From positions 1-64,000 of the forward strand of contig UYFQ01000530.1 of NCBI GenBank assembly GCA_900617105.1: a stretch of DNA of 64,000 nt, given 5' to 3'. Below are positions 1 to 11,187 of this stretch, piece by piece. Position 1 is the stretch's first letter, and each line of letters begins with the position of its first letter. Below the pieces are notes generated by a model, which saw only the letters and a program-made list of their open reading frames with translations, did no database searches and was not told the DNA's origin. The stretch comes from Hydrurus foetidus (lineage: Eukaryota). Position numbers and translations under genes: made by a program.

Positions 1-460
1 TACCCAGGTGCGTCATTGACTAATTCTTAATTGCAGATTAGATCACGTGCGATACTGCACAGCAGCAAAGTGCAACACTCAGGGTGTCATTCAATCAGAA
101 AACAAATATTTCGTCATCATGAATGCATGGGTAACGGAACTTTCAGAGTCAGTGAGACATTTATAGTATGCCAAGACAGAATGTCATCGGTAGCAGTGAT
201 TTGAAATTAACAAAATCTGAAGAGAGTTCGTGAATCCGTGGATCCAATATCCATCAATTCGACTTCGACTTCGTCCGCGCCCAGCGTAGTCGAAAATTGA
301 AAATGCAAGGTAGGTGAATGTTCTGGTTATCAAATGCTCAGTATTTTCAATTGTCAACGAGAACATTAGACTTCAAATTTCATTTCATCCATTGAAATGA
401 CTGCGAATTCAGCACCCAGAGATTTTTGCCATTCTCCGTCCTGGATTATCCATATGAATA

Positions 461-1282
461 TCACGGAAGCTTGAAGGACTCCCCGTACTTGTTCCTCAGG
501 GCGTCCCTGTAATAAGAAGCATACCAAGCATGTCTAAATGAGAGCAAACATCAAGTAGCACCAAGGTCGCAATCTGATTAGATAGGTGGAATGAGCACAG
601 ACGATATCGACAGTGATTGCCAATTGTAGAGGAGAAGAACGTGATCAGTCAACGGAAACAATATCGACATCAACAGAGATACTTTATAATCTCACCAGTT
701 GTCTATGCTCTCCTGTCGATCTTCCGTTTGCAATATCGCTGAAAGAAGCGTTGCTCCGTCCAGACCTACACCGTTATTCATATGAGAGATATTAGCAATC
801 ACGCCTTCAGGATGGCGAAATCGAATACTGAGTCTATAATGAACTCGTCTATTGATCTTACCTAGGAAACGAGTGATACGCAATTTTTTCTCAAATTTCT
901 CTACGATGACGTTTTTTACTTCCTGAACCTCACCAAGCCGAATGTGGCATTCAAAGCAGGGATTGTCGGTTGATAGTGTTGCAAGTCTTCCTTTAACTGT
1001 AACTGCGAATCTTAGGTTGTCAAAAGATCCTATTGTTTCAAGGATTGCTCCGGTACCAACAACGACAAATCTGACTGCCCCAACGCCTTTCATATCGACG
1101 AGAAAATTAGTGAGAAGGCCGTGGTCTCCAGTCACACCATTCGGCAATGAATTGCTGGCCTCAGCGGTTGATCTTAAACTCGAAGAAATCTTGGAATGGA
1201 TGAGACTAGGAGTGGAGTATCCTGAGGCAAAAGTAGATGAAGCCAGGAAGAGCGACAGAAGTGACGCTGCTCGCACCATCAT
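461..1282 (-). CDS. ChuX/HutX/HemS-like heme-utilisation protein, probably plastid-targeted; 3 exons (1282-862, 765-696, 506-461), 178 aa
   Basis: GT-AG introns at 861-766 and 695-507 join into one 537-nt frame ending ...IDNWDALRNKYGESFKLP*. Core GAVRFVVVGTGAILETIG...FECHIRL...RFLG...LLSAIL resembles ChuX/HutX proteins. Hydrophobic signal peptide followed by ASGY and a Ser-rich transit-like stretch. Family call is by motif recognition. Confidence 0.7.
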
Positions 1283-1609
1283 ACTGTAAAGACACCCTTG
1301 TGAAGGATCAACACCCAGAATCCAAGATGGTTTCTCCCTAATCAACCTAGAGTTGCAGCACAGCAGCCACTATTATTTGTTGAAGTTGGAAGTGGAAGCA
1401 CATCAAGCATCAAGTAAAGTGTAAATTGTACAGTAGCCGTTTTGTGGAATCATCGATCGATCTCTTGATTTCCGGTGAACCCGGCCACCGATGCACATCC
1501 ATTGCAAGGATGCGAGCAAAACTAAAACTTTACAGCACGGCGCTTCCGAAGGTCGTTTAAATTATCTTCTTCGATAGGGTAACAGATTGAACCTCCCCCC
1601 CATCTAGAT
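1283..1609. promoter_or_regulatory. Short divergent intergenic region (probable bidirectional promoter)
   Basis: 327 bp between the head-to-head start codons at 1282 (-) and 1610 (+); no specific motif identified. Confidence 0.45.
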
Positions 1610-4600
1610 ATGGCAGAGGCTGCGATGGATATCGATCTTCGCGGCGATGTTCAAAACATTCAATATCACAAACCTATCTTGAATTTGGATCTCTCACCAT
1701 CCAGAGAGTTTGACACTGATACTATTGGGTCTCAAGGAACTCTAGATCCGGATCTTGACGACATGATCAAAATTGAGGCATGCCTGCAAGCTGGTGCTAA
1801 AGTTTTGCTGATGCTTTATTCTTTCCGTTCTATATCTCGAGCCATTCCAGATGAGGTATGTTGAAAGTCGTCAGATAGAAATTGAAACGATTGTAGCGAC
1901 GATCTGAGTGTTATTCTTGTGATTTTTTTCACACAGATGATACAAACGGCGAAGCTGTCGGAGGAAGTCGCATCAACTAAAATTTATGAGATTAACAGCG
2001 CAATTCTTAAGCTTCTAAAGTTTCAAATCGAAAAGATTCAGTCGCTGATGAGGTTCACCATAAATGCCATCGATGTTATCAGCGGAGCAGTCGCAAGCAT
2101 TGCGCATATCCTATCAAATGAAAGCACCTCGGGATTCGTTTCATTCCATGGAAAGTATGTATCCATAATGCGATTATTAGACGTCATGTTCAAGCTCGAC
2201 AATATGAAAGACTTGAGAAGTGTTCTGAAGGATGATTTTTTTCGTTATGAGAAAACTCTTGAGACCCGCAGCGACTGTATCGATCCCTCTCTTCTACGGG
2301 ACATGGCAGAAGTCAAACTCTTTCTGACCGGCAAAGACGCACAGAAATCAACGAATGACATTCTACTGACGATTCGTGATAGGTTGAAGCCAATTTTAAG
2401 TTATGAAAAAGTGATCGGCAATATCTTGGATTTATCATTCAGCAACCTTGAAAAAGGCTTGTTCGCAACAAGCGATGAGAAATTCGGCCTTATTCGTTTA
2501 ATGCCGCATCTTATGGTGTTGTTGGATGGCGATGGGAACGATCCTAAGAGTGCCAATGTCTTCAAACGACAAAATGCAAGCAGCTTTCAGAGAGTCTTAC
2601 AGCGCTACCACACCGTTCCATTGTTTGGTGACATGTGCATATCTTTGCATTCTGTGCTAAAGAGGGCGCAACACTTCAACAAAGCAACATTCGGAGACCT
2701 TTGGGGCTCCAACACTCCTACAACTTCAGGCGTAGAAAACCATCCAGACTACGATATCAAGATTCACCGGGCAGAAATAAGAGGTGAATACACTCGATAT
2801 GTCGTGACTTTCAGCGCGCTCATGAATCAACTGTCTCGGTCAAATAGTGGGGCATACCGACAAAACGTGCAGTCAAATTCCATATTCGGAAAAGCAATTC
2901 TAGCATCTGCCAAAAGTGCATTTGAACTTATTAAGAGAGGATTTCTACTACTAGCGCACTGGAACTCACAAATTCAACTAACAATGGTGTGGAAGAGCAC
3001 TTATTCGAAATCAAGTGGGAATAACAAGAACGCACTACGAAGTGTACGTACTCAGAACGTAATGTTCTCAGAAGGTGCCGAAGATGTTAAGGAGAATCAA
3101 AGCGATTACAGTGATGAAGAACTGAGCGTGTTGGGTGATATTATCTCTCTCAGCAGGTCACTGTCTTCTCTATTAAGCAAAGCACACACACAGCTCGCCC
3201 CTCTCATCAGGGTGCATCAGCATCATCGTATACAAGTGGTAACTAGACGCGACATAATTCCTCTAGCCCATAGGGCGGATAAACGAAAGAAAATGGATCT
3301 TCTGACTCCACTACTAAACATTATCAGTCTGGCGGCTGACAATGACGGAGACAGCGACGTGGGTACGACTTACAAACAGTACAGTAGAAAACAGGGCCAA
3401 GTTGAGATCGCACATAAGATCAGAAATACAGCTGCTAGCGCATCTACGCTCTATCTCTTACGGTCTAAAGTACACGCCATCTACGATGATTGCTCCATTT
3501 ATCGCCAGAAATCCAGCTTACTGGGAAAAACAGATCTAGAAAAAGAAGATATAATTCGTTTCGAAGAATTCTACGAAGAGTCTTTTTTCTATCCTTATTT
3601 GCTCAACTTTGAAGGGACTCTGAGAGAGATCAGCAGCATGTGGACATTGTGGTACAGAGAGTTCAATCTTGAACTGATAAAAGGTTTTCAATTTCCGATT
3701 GAAAAGAGTCTACCTTGGTTACTCACTCGTAGAATAATCGCGCCACATACAGCGCCTAGCTGCTACGGTGACTCTCATCTCCCAATGAAAGAGAACCTGT
3801 CATACATGCTGGACATATACAATGACGCTGCGTATCAGGCTTTGCACGTACTGCACGAACAGCATTTATTTGACGAAATTGAAGCGGAGGCAAATCTTGT
3901 TCTGGACCAAATTTTAAACACCTTATCAGAAGACGCCTACTCTTCATTCAAAAACTTCTCTGCATCCTGCATGTTAGAGCCTGCCTACAAAAAGAAATTA
4001 GAAAATTTAAATACGCGGCGATTTTTGACTGTAGGAGAGGAACACTTTCAAGTTATAATGCGACAACGGGAAATCCAATTATTGGGGCGTTCCATCGATA
4101 TCTGCACCCCATTTGTCAACCTCATAAAACATAAAATACGTCAAGATGTAGACACGGCTATCAGCAGATTTGAGGAGAATGATGCATGCAGCGTTATCGA
4201 GGTGCAGATTCTGTTGGATGTCATCCGTATCACACTTCGCGATTTGACACGTGTATTCGACCTTAACACTGATTTTTCTTCCATATTCGGTGTAGTCAAT
4301 AAATCCCTTGAGAGTCCGTATGGCAGAATAATGGAACGCTTACTGGCTTCAATTGACCTCGATATTGTTTCTAACTTCAGCTACAATATTGGCACTGGTC
4401 GTTTTGTTCAATCTATACCTGGCAAGAAAACGAAGGCTACACCCCAGGAAATGGGGAACGTAAGTAACGCATACGGGTCTGTCTGCTACAAGGCGTATGA
4501 AGCTCACGGTAGAGCCACACGTTATTTCTTCGGTAAAATCCATGCTGATGCTATTCTCTCTTTGACGGGATGCTCAGCAGACCGAACTGGTGTGTTGCTG

Positions 4601-5557
4601 ATAAGTGAAAGGTGCCTCACAGCTCTCTCCGATAGGCTGCATGATGCACATGACTATATAGGCGTGCTTAGACAAGGAGTTGCTACTTGCAAATTTCCGT
4701 CATTTACTCAGCATGCCTTTCGCTGTATTGATCATTTTGAAGTTAGCTTCAAGGAACTCTTGGAATATGAGGGATTAAAACCTGAACTTTTCCAAGTATT
4801 TCGGGAAATTGGGAACATTATGATGCTTCTCAAGACTCTCTCAGACTCCATCAGTACATCTTTTGCAACTGCCGGAAATTCTACAAGCGATGGATGCAAG
4901 AGTCATCCCATGGATTCAGTACAAGATAACAACGACTTCCCTACTCTTGCTCATGCGGCATCTCTCCTACCTCCTGATGGCAATAAATCTCTATTCCACC
5001 ATACTTTGAAACATTTTGAGGTGGTCTTAAGGAAAGACAATCTTTTCAAGAGTTGGACTGAAGAAATCTCACCCGACAAAGATGAAAGCAGTTCTGCAGA
5101 TTTAAATTCAGATGAATTCCATTTTACGTGGTCTGTGCTTTCTTTTCTTTCATGCCTGTCTCACACTTCAAATTCGCAACACTCTGACTCTGTGAGATTT
5201 GGTGACGGTTTCACGGCAAGCGGTATTTTTATTTTACATTTTTTGGGGAAAAGGGAAGTGTTCGAGAGAAATGATTTTGGATCTCATTTGTTACGAGTGC
5301 ATGCCCACGATTGCAGGGCTGCAGCTTTTGACTCGACTATGTCCAAGACTTGCAGCGAGATGCATGAATCTTCGCTCAACTTACCTCGCATTGAGAGCAT
5401 TCTATCCGCTGCCTCAGATTGTCATACCACACAGCAAAGTGTTTTCGACATGTTGTACAGTGTTCTCACCACTGACATTCATTCCGCAGCAGCTATGCTA
5501 GCAACGACAGGAAAAATAATCAAACTGTACAGGGCTCCGAAGCACAGAACATTTTAG
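1610..5557 (+). CDS. CYFIP: CYFIP/Sra1/PIR121 family protein (WAVE regulatory complex subunit), divergent; exons 1610-1855 and 1937-5557
   Basis: Phase-0 intron GTATG...ACACAG at 1856-1936. Family motifs LYSFRSISRAIP, LWYREFNLEL..FQFPIEKSLPWLL, DIYNDAA..LFDEIEAEANL, LKPELFQVFREIGN, FGDG. Confidence 0.88.
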
Positions 5558-6865
5558 AGTGATTTCGATCACTGATCACGCTGAGTCAGTGCCAGTAATT
5601 ACTCTTCACTTGAGTGTCTGGATTTTTTGAAATCATGAAGGTCCCGTCCCGTCCCGCTCAACTAACTGTACGGTAGAAAGATTCACAATGATTTTATTTT
5701 TTTCTCATAGATAAGTGTACCGTATGAAGAATATTCGGATGGCATCATGACATATCATATCTGCCAATTTAACCGAATAGAATCGAGTCGACCGCATCAA
5801 TACAATCCAAGCATCACCTTGGAATGATTTTTATTTCAACAAAATGTCATTAATTACTTACTAAAAATCAAACTTATCATATAATTTTTTTGCGCAGTGA
5901 TGATTTTTAATCAACACTCCACTGTATTTATCGGCACGCGCGAGTTGTGCAAAATCAATTTTTATCATTTTCTTATCACATCGTTTTATGTGGCAGATAA
6001 GAATGGTCAACTTTTTTTTAGGAGTAAAAAAAAACTGCTGGCTAAATCAAAATCATTTAAATAGGTGTATTGCCTGTAGCAAAGGCGAAGAGTGACGTCT
6101 AAGTTCGTCATATTTAATTTTACTTTTTAGGTGTAGGCGATGCACTAAGATGGTGCAGCTTATTGACTTGTGGATGTTTAAGGCACGTTGCAGTCATGAG
6201 ATTTTCTGCGACGAGTACGGTACGTCATATTAGCCGTTACTCTTGTCAAAAGGGGACGGCAAGACGGCAAGTTGCGGTAGACCTCTTCTCACTTTCATAC
6301 CCGAAACAAGCCGCACTATAGAAAGCTATGGCAGTTTGGGTGGAGTTACATGGGCACAATAATGATGAAACTGTGTGACTCTATTTGCCGCGGCGTGAAG
6401 CTCCTGAACACAGTCTGAACATCACTAAAGGTCAACTCTGAAAAATGTAAAAAAAGATAATTCATTAGCCGCTTAGTGATAGCAAATTTGAGGTTTGAAA
6501 CGGAGGAGATAAGATGGCAATCCATTGCTAAAGGGTGGGTGGAGGTGGAGTGATATCTGTGCAAGCAGGTGTGGCAATGTATGTGGTAATGCATATGGAC
6601 AGTCACTCGTGGGTTGCGGCAAATGAGGGTAGTTATCGTGATGCAGTAATGATCCCATCGTCCCCTATTCAGCATCCTCTCATTCCTGAGAATAAGAAGT
6701 CTGATAAAGCACACGTCAACGCACACAGGCACCTTCAACACTACACTACACAACACTGCACTACCAGTCCAGGGAGCCATACTTCAAATTGAAATATCAA
6801 GTGTGTACATAAAAAGAGGTCTCTGCAGCTATGCCGGCATTACATCATATCATTCACTTATTCAC

Positions 6866-7770
6866 CTTGAACCATAGTAGTTTTCTTTGTGAGGCTTGCA
6901 AGTATTTCAAGTATATCTTTCGACCCGTGTTTCGCCTTCCTTCTCTCAGTTATTGCTTTCCACTGCGACCTCCCTACCATTCGTAACAGTGAATAGCAAA
7001 TAAACAGTCAGGTTGACTCCAATCTTGTTACACTAATTAATGTCATTCTCACTCACCCATTCCTCGATTCTTGACGACATATTGACAGTGTTTGACATGC
7101 TTCATCAAGCTAGGACGACTCTTGACGAACTCAAAAAGCTCCGTCTTTGTGACACGATCTTTCTTCTCCTTCTTAAGCTGAGGCATCGTCATCAGCCCAG
7201 GAGGGAAGAAATATCTGGGAATATGACTTGTATGAGAGGTGGTGCATAATTGATTTGAAAAAATGATGTACCTAATTCTTGGAAGATGTCGTCACACTCC
7301 CCTCCCCTCCCCTTCAGTCTCACGTTAACTCTGCATATCATCTTCGCATTACACTTCCCACCAATGCTCATACACAATGACCTTGCACGAGTTAATCTAA
7401 AGCAGGTGACAGGATAAACAGAGAAAATTTGACAGCGATTATCTTACCCGCCAAAAGAATCGATGAGGAAGTCCAACTTCTCCACGTCATCCCTCGTAAC
7501 CATTACATCATCTGCATCGAGGCATCCTTTGCACGCCAATTCAAACAACTCTACAGGCGAATATCTATCCATGTATCAAAAATGAGGGCGTTACTTGATT
7601 TCTGTGCACGGTAGAATTATGATGTCAGTCAGACAAAGGGTACGGCAGATCGACGAATACATGCAAAGATGCGATATGTGCTTTAATCAGGCAAACAATT
7701 TGATGTCTACTTACGTTCCAAGTATGAAGAAGCCTATCATAAACTGCTCGAAATTCATTTTCCCATCATT
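6866..7770 (-). pseudogene. Decayed multi-exon EF-hand (calcineurin-B/NCS-like) gene
   Basis: Exon-like pieces bounded by GT/AG translate to NDGKMNFEQFMIGF (ends 7715), ELFELACKGCLDADDVMV (7601-7448; frameshift or stop needed), KKDRVTKTELFEFVKSRPSLM (~7205-7057) and GRSQWKAITERRK (~6980-6866). Boundaries are approximate. Confidence 0.4.
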
Positions 7771-8489
7771 TTGGTAGAATAGCTGCATCACTAAGGCGCA
7801 CAGATTGAATCCGTTCAGCTTCCAAAACACATTGAGTGGCATCGTGAACTAAAAAGATAAGGAAGGAAGAGTTGTTGTCAGTAAAATTGAATAAGAAATT
7901 CGATTCATAATAGTTCAATTCAGTTGGTGAGTCCATAATGCTTTCCCTACATTTAATTGCGAGAATCTGGAAGAATTTGGGTGTCCAATGCCACAAAGTA
8001 TAACATAGAAAACGAAACGGCTTTTGAGAAGAATGCACCTTGTGGGCCTCGTATGTGTAAGACTTCGAATGGCACTTCAACAAAAGAATCTGAAGGCGAC
8101 ATGTTGATGGAGGAAGAAATCAGTATGGTCGATATTCTATTCTTGAGAGACGAGGTAACAAGGTTGGAATCGATGGACTACCTTTGGAGCAACCCCACCT
8201 CTTTTTCGGTGTAGCCTAATTCGAGAAGCATGGGCAGAACAGAAGGCGACATGCCCTGAATATTATACGATTTGAAAGCAGCCATTGGGTTACGTATCCG
8301 TCGTCAGTCTGCAGGATGGGGTTGGCAACAGAAGTAGCTTCTGCCGAAATTGTGGCGCGAAAGCTGTAATGCCTTGAAGTCGATCATACCCCTACTGGAT
8401 GCAATTGTGAGTAACTTCATGAATGTTCGTCACCGCAGGTTCACAAATATCGTCAGCAAAGTTTTGTCAACTATCTTGCTGAAGTACCA

Positions 8490-8531
8490 TACAGAGTACA
8501 GAGTACAGAGTACAGAGTACAGAGTACAGAG
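8490..8531 (+). repeat. (TACAGAG)6 tandem repeat abutting the left TIR of the DNA transposon
   Basis: Six exact 7-bp units read directly. Confidence 0.95.
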
Positions 8532-10188
8532 GCCAATCCTTATGCGGCACACGAAACATTTTTTACGGTTTCCCTTTTTTGTAGTCCGGAACATTTTTTG
8601 GGCGACAAATTGTAGTTGCCCTTATGTGGAATACAGATTTTATTTTGTTTTTTTTGTATGTGACTGCCCTTATGGCAGTCAAAGAATGATGCTGTTGGTC
8701 AAAAGTGTGCACCTTTAGAGCTGAAGGTTCTTGGAGTACTAACACAACCATGTCTTCAAACTGTAAATTGTACTATAAAATATTTCTATTTTTCGTCATA
8801 ATTAATACAAGTTTTTTTAATACAAGTTTAAAATTTTACCAGCGTTTTCCATGTAAACATAGGCTTTTAAACAATCAATGCAACATCAACAGACTTTTGA
8901 AGAAGAATAAAATGTCAAAACAAAAAATAATGATGAAAATAGGCGAGTGAAATTCAGTATTTACTTCCTTCTTTTCTTGGACTTCTTGAAGGAGGAATAG
9001 ACATCCAATGCATCCTCTTCTTCTTCTGTCATTTCCCTTTTCTTCAGCTTCGTTGCGGATTCCTGTGATCTTGTTATGCTGCGATTAATGGGTAAAATGC
9101 CTTGCAGGAGGTTGCGGACCATAAAAGGTTTGGACCTCGCCGGATCCTCCCGGGGTAGTCTGAGTCAATTTGACCTTTTTGTTCATGACTTTCCGGTCTT
9201 TCTTGCGGTTGAGTTGGAAGGCGGTAGGTTTCTTCAGATCGCTCTTCATCTTCTCAACTTCGGCTGTACGTTTAGCGGCTCGTTGTGTCTTACGAGCTTC
9301 AGATCGGGTTGGTCTTGTAGCAGTAGATGACGTAGTCAGTTCGGAGGGAACAGTAGATCGTCTGCATAATGTTCAGAAGATAAAACGTCATAAAGCTGCA
9401 TAAAGATGATATTCAATCAGATAGAACTTACTCAAGGAGAAAGGCTCTCTCTGGATTGGGGGATGCTCTACCGGATGTGAGAAAGACATCCCAATCTACA
9501 GGGAACCAAGTCCGAGAGAAGGCTCTCTTCTTGAAAGTGCTTGGGCTTTTTGATCTAGCCTTCGATTCTACTTGCTCCATATCGTGAAGCTGCTTCCGAG
9601 TCTTCATAAGTATATCCTCTAGTGTCATACCTGATGGCGGTTGTCCATTGGGTCCCAAATTCTTCACGTAAAGAGGGGTGATCTGGTTGTTCACATATTT
9701 CTCGATGAAAAGATATTTTCTCCAAAGCGTTGATCCGTTGTGTAAGTCTTTCTCCGTGACTGTATGATCACAATGACGCGATGATCGAAGGAATGCGTCT
9801 TGAGAACACGGTAGATTGTGACGAATGAGGGCGACATGATTCACAAATTGTATCATAATTGCCTCATCAATTTCATGCGACTTCATTTCATTCGAAGGAA
9901 CCGCCAAACCAGCACGTGTGATGAGCACATTCTGTCTGGACTTGATGTCATGGAGTAACTCCGAACTTTGTGGCATTATTTATTGCTTTTAATGGCAATA
10001 ATAGTTTTTTGTTGGAGGCGACATTTGATAGGATCTATAGCACAAAAAGGACACTTTCTCTGTAGTTGCCTCAAAAAAATGTCGCCAACATATTTTGAAT
10101 TGTCGTTTTTTAGCGCGATAAGGACACGTCACCACGAAAAAAAAAGGCTACAAAATCTGTATTCCGATGGCGGCATAAGGACCGGCCT
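8530..10188 (-). mobile_element. PIF/Harbinger-like TIR element, non-autonomous (accessory ORF only)
   Basis: Imperfect TIRs: AGGCCAATCCTTATGCGGC at 8530 vs reverse complement of the right end AGGCCGGTCCTTATGCCGC (16/19). GGAATACAGATTTT occurs near both ends in inverted orientation and CCTTATG recurs subterminally. Flanks CAG/TAG give an imperfect 3-bp TSD. No DDE transposase seen. Confidence 0.6.
9085..9976 (-). CDS. Myb/SANT-like / NAM-associated protein of the Harbinger ORF2 type; exons 9976-9432 and 9361-9085
   Basis: 182-aa ORF with LWRKYLFIEKYVNN...Y...PPSGMTLEDILMKTRKQL, similar to the W..I...VN.F...Y...SG...ED pattern of Harbinger accessory proteins. GTAAGT donor at 9431 and a TGCAG acceptor keep the frame into a basic exon 2. 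An alternative frame ends KKSKKRRK* at ~8959, suggesting a frameshift. Confidence 0.5.
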
Positions 10189-10603
10189 TAGTTCTTATTT
10201 CTTATGGTGATCGATATGGCGCACCTTGTCGAACCCCTAGAGTTTTTGCGACAATAATTTTTTTACAGAAATTTTTTTCACACTGATTTTTTCTCAAATT
10301 TTTTTCGCATGAATTTTCTTTTGACGAGATTTTTCCCAAATGCTTCGTTTTTTTCTTTTCGTGGCTGTGATCGAAAAATTTAGCCGTTTGCAGTAGTCTC
10401 TCTCAATCTCGTCTGTGAATCATGCACCTTTATCTTGAGAGTAACTGATAGGTCCCAAAGTTGCAGCCGAACTATGGCGGCTAACTCGGATTATCTTATG
10501 GGAGGTTGTGTGATCCGAGGAAGGGTAGGAAATAGAGTGTAGGCTTTAGTTAGTTTACAGGCGGCTATGCTAGAAGCTAGGGAGGCTAACTTCTACGTGG
10601 TGG

Positions 10604-10819
10604 TGTGGTCTCACTAGGACTCTGGGCTGGAACGGAGGGCTGCTGGAACGCGGGCGAAGGAAAGGGGGTGATGGGGCTGGTGCTATGGATAGCAAAGTGG
10701 TTAGCTTACAGATAAACACAGCAGGTATCATGGCAATGAATCGTGTGGATCGGATCGTCCTCGATCCGATCCGAACGTACGCCTGTACCCGTACCGCCCG
10801 TACGGGTGTACGGGTCACA
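10604..10819 (-). repeat. 3' LTR of the young chromovirus
   Basis: TGTGGTCTC...GGGTCACA; no differences from 17893-18108 found by reading. Confidence 0.95.
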
Positions 10820-10836
10820 GTGCCCCTCTCTATCTA
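10820..10836 (-). promoter_or_regulatory. Polypurine tract
   Basis: - strand TAGATAGAGAGGGGCAC immediately precedes the 3' LTR. Confidence 0.8.
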
Positions 10837-11013
10837 AAGGGGTGTACTAACTATCAAAATTCATCATCAAAATACTAACTATGAATAGATCCTAACTATT
10901 GAAAAACTATTTCAGACTGAAACCGGAAGTTTCGTACTGAATAAACCTCCATAAAACCCGTTGGGATTCAATGTAGGAGGAATCTTTATGATTTAGTGAA
11001 TCAAAATGTTGTG

Positions 11014-11145
11014 TTTTGGTTTTGGTTTTGGTTTTGGTTTTGGTTTTGGTTTTGGTTTTGGTTTTGGTTTTGGTTTTGGTTTTGGTTTTGGTTTTGGTTT
11101 TGGTTTTGTTTTTGTTTTTGTTTTTGTTTTTGTTTTTGGTTTTGG
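11014..11145 (+). repeat. (TTTTGG)15 followed by degenerate TTTTTG units in the retroelement 3' UTR
   Basis: 15 exact hexamers at 11014-11103, then variant units. Confidence 0.95.
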
Positions 11146-11187
11146 TCTTTTTATTTTTTTTTATTTTTTTTTTGTATATGATATCGG

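Noticed and set aside
5600..6340. AT-rich stretch possibly a MITE
   Set aside because: No terminal inverted repeats or TSD could be identified.
7800..8489. Short ORFs as a possible transposase for the adjacent TIR element
   Set aside because: No recognisable DDE motifs, and they lie outside the TIRs.
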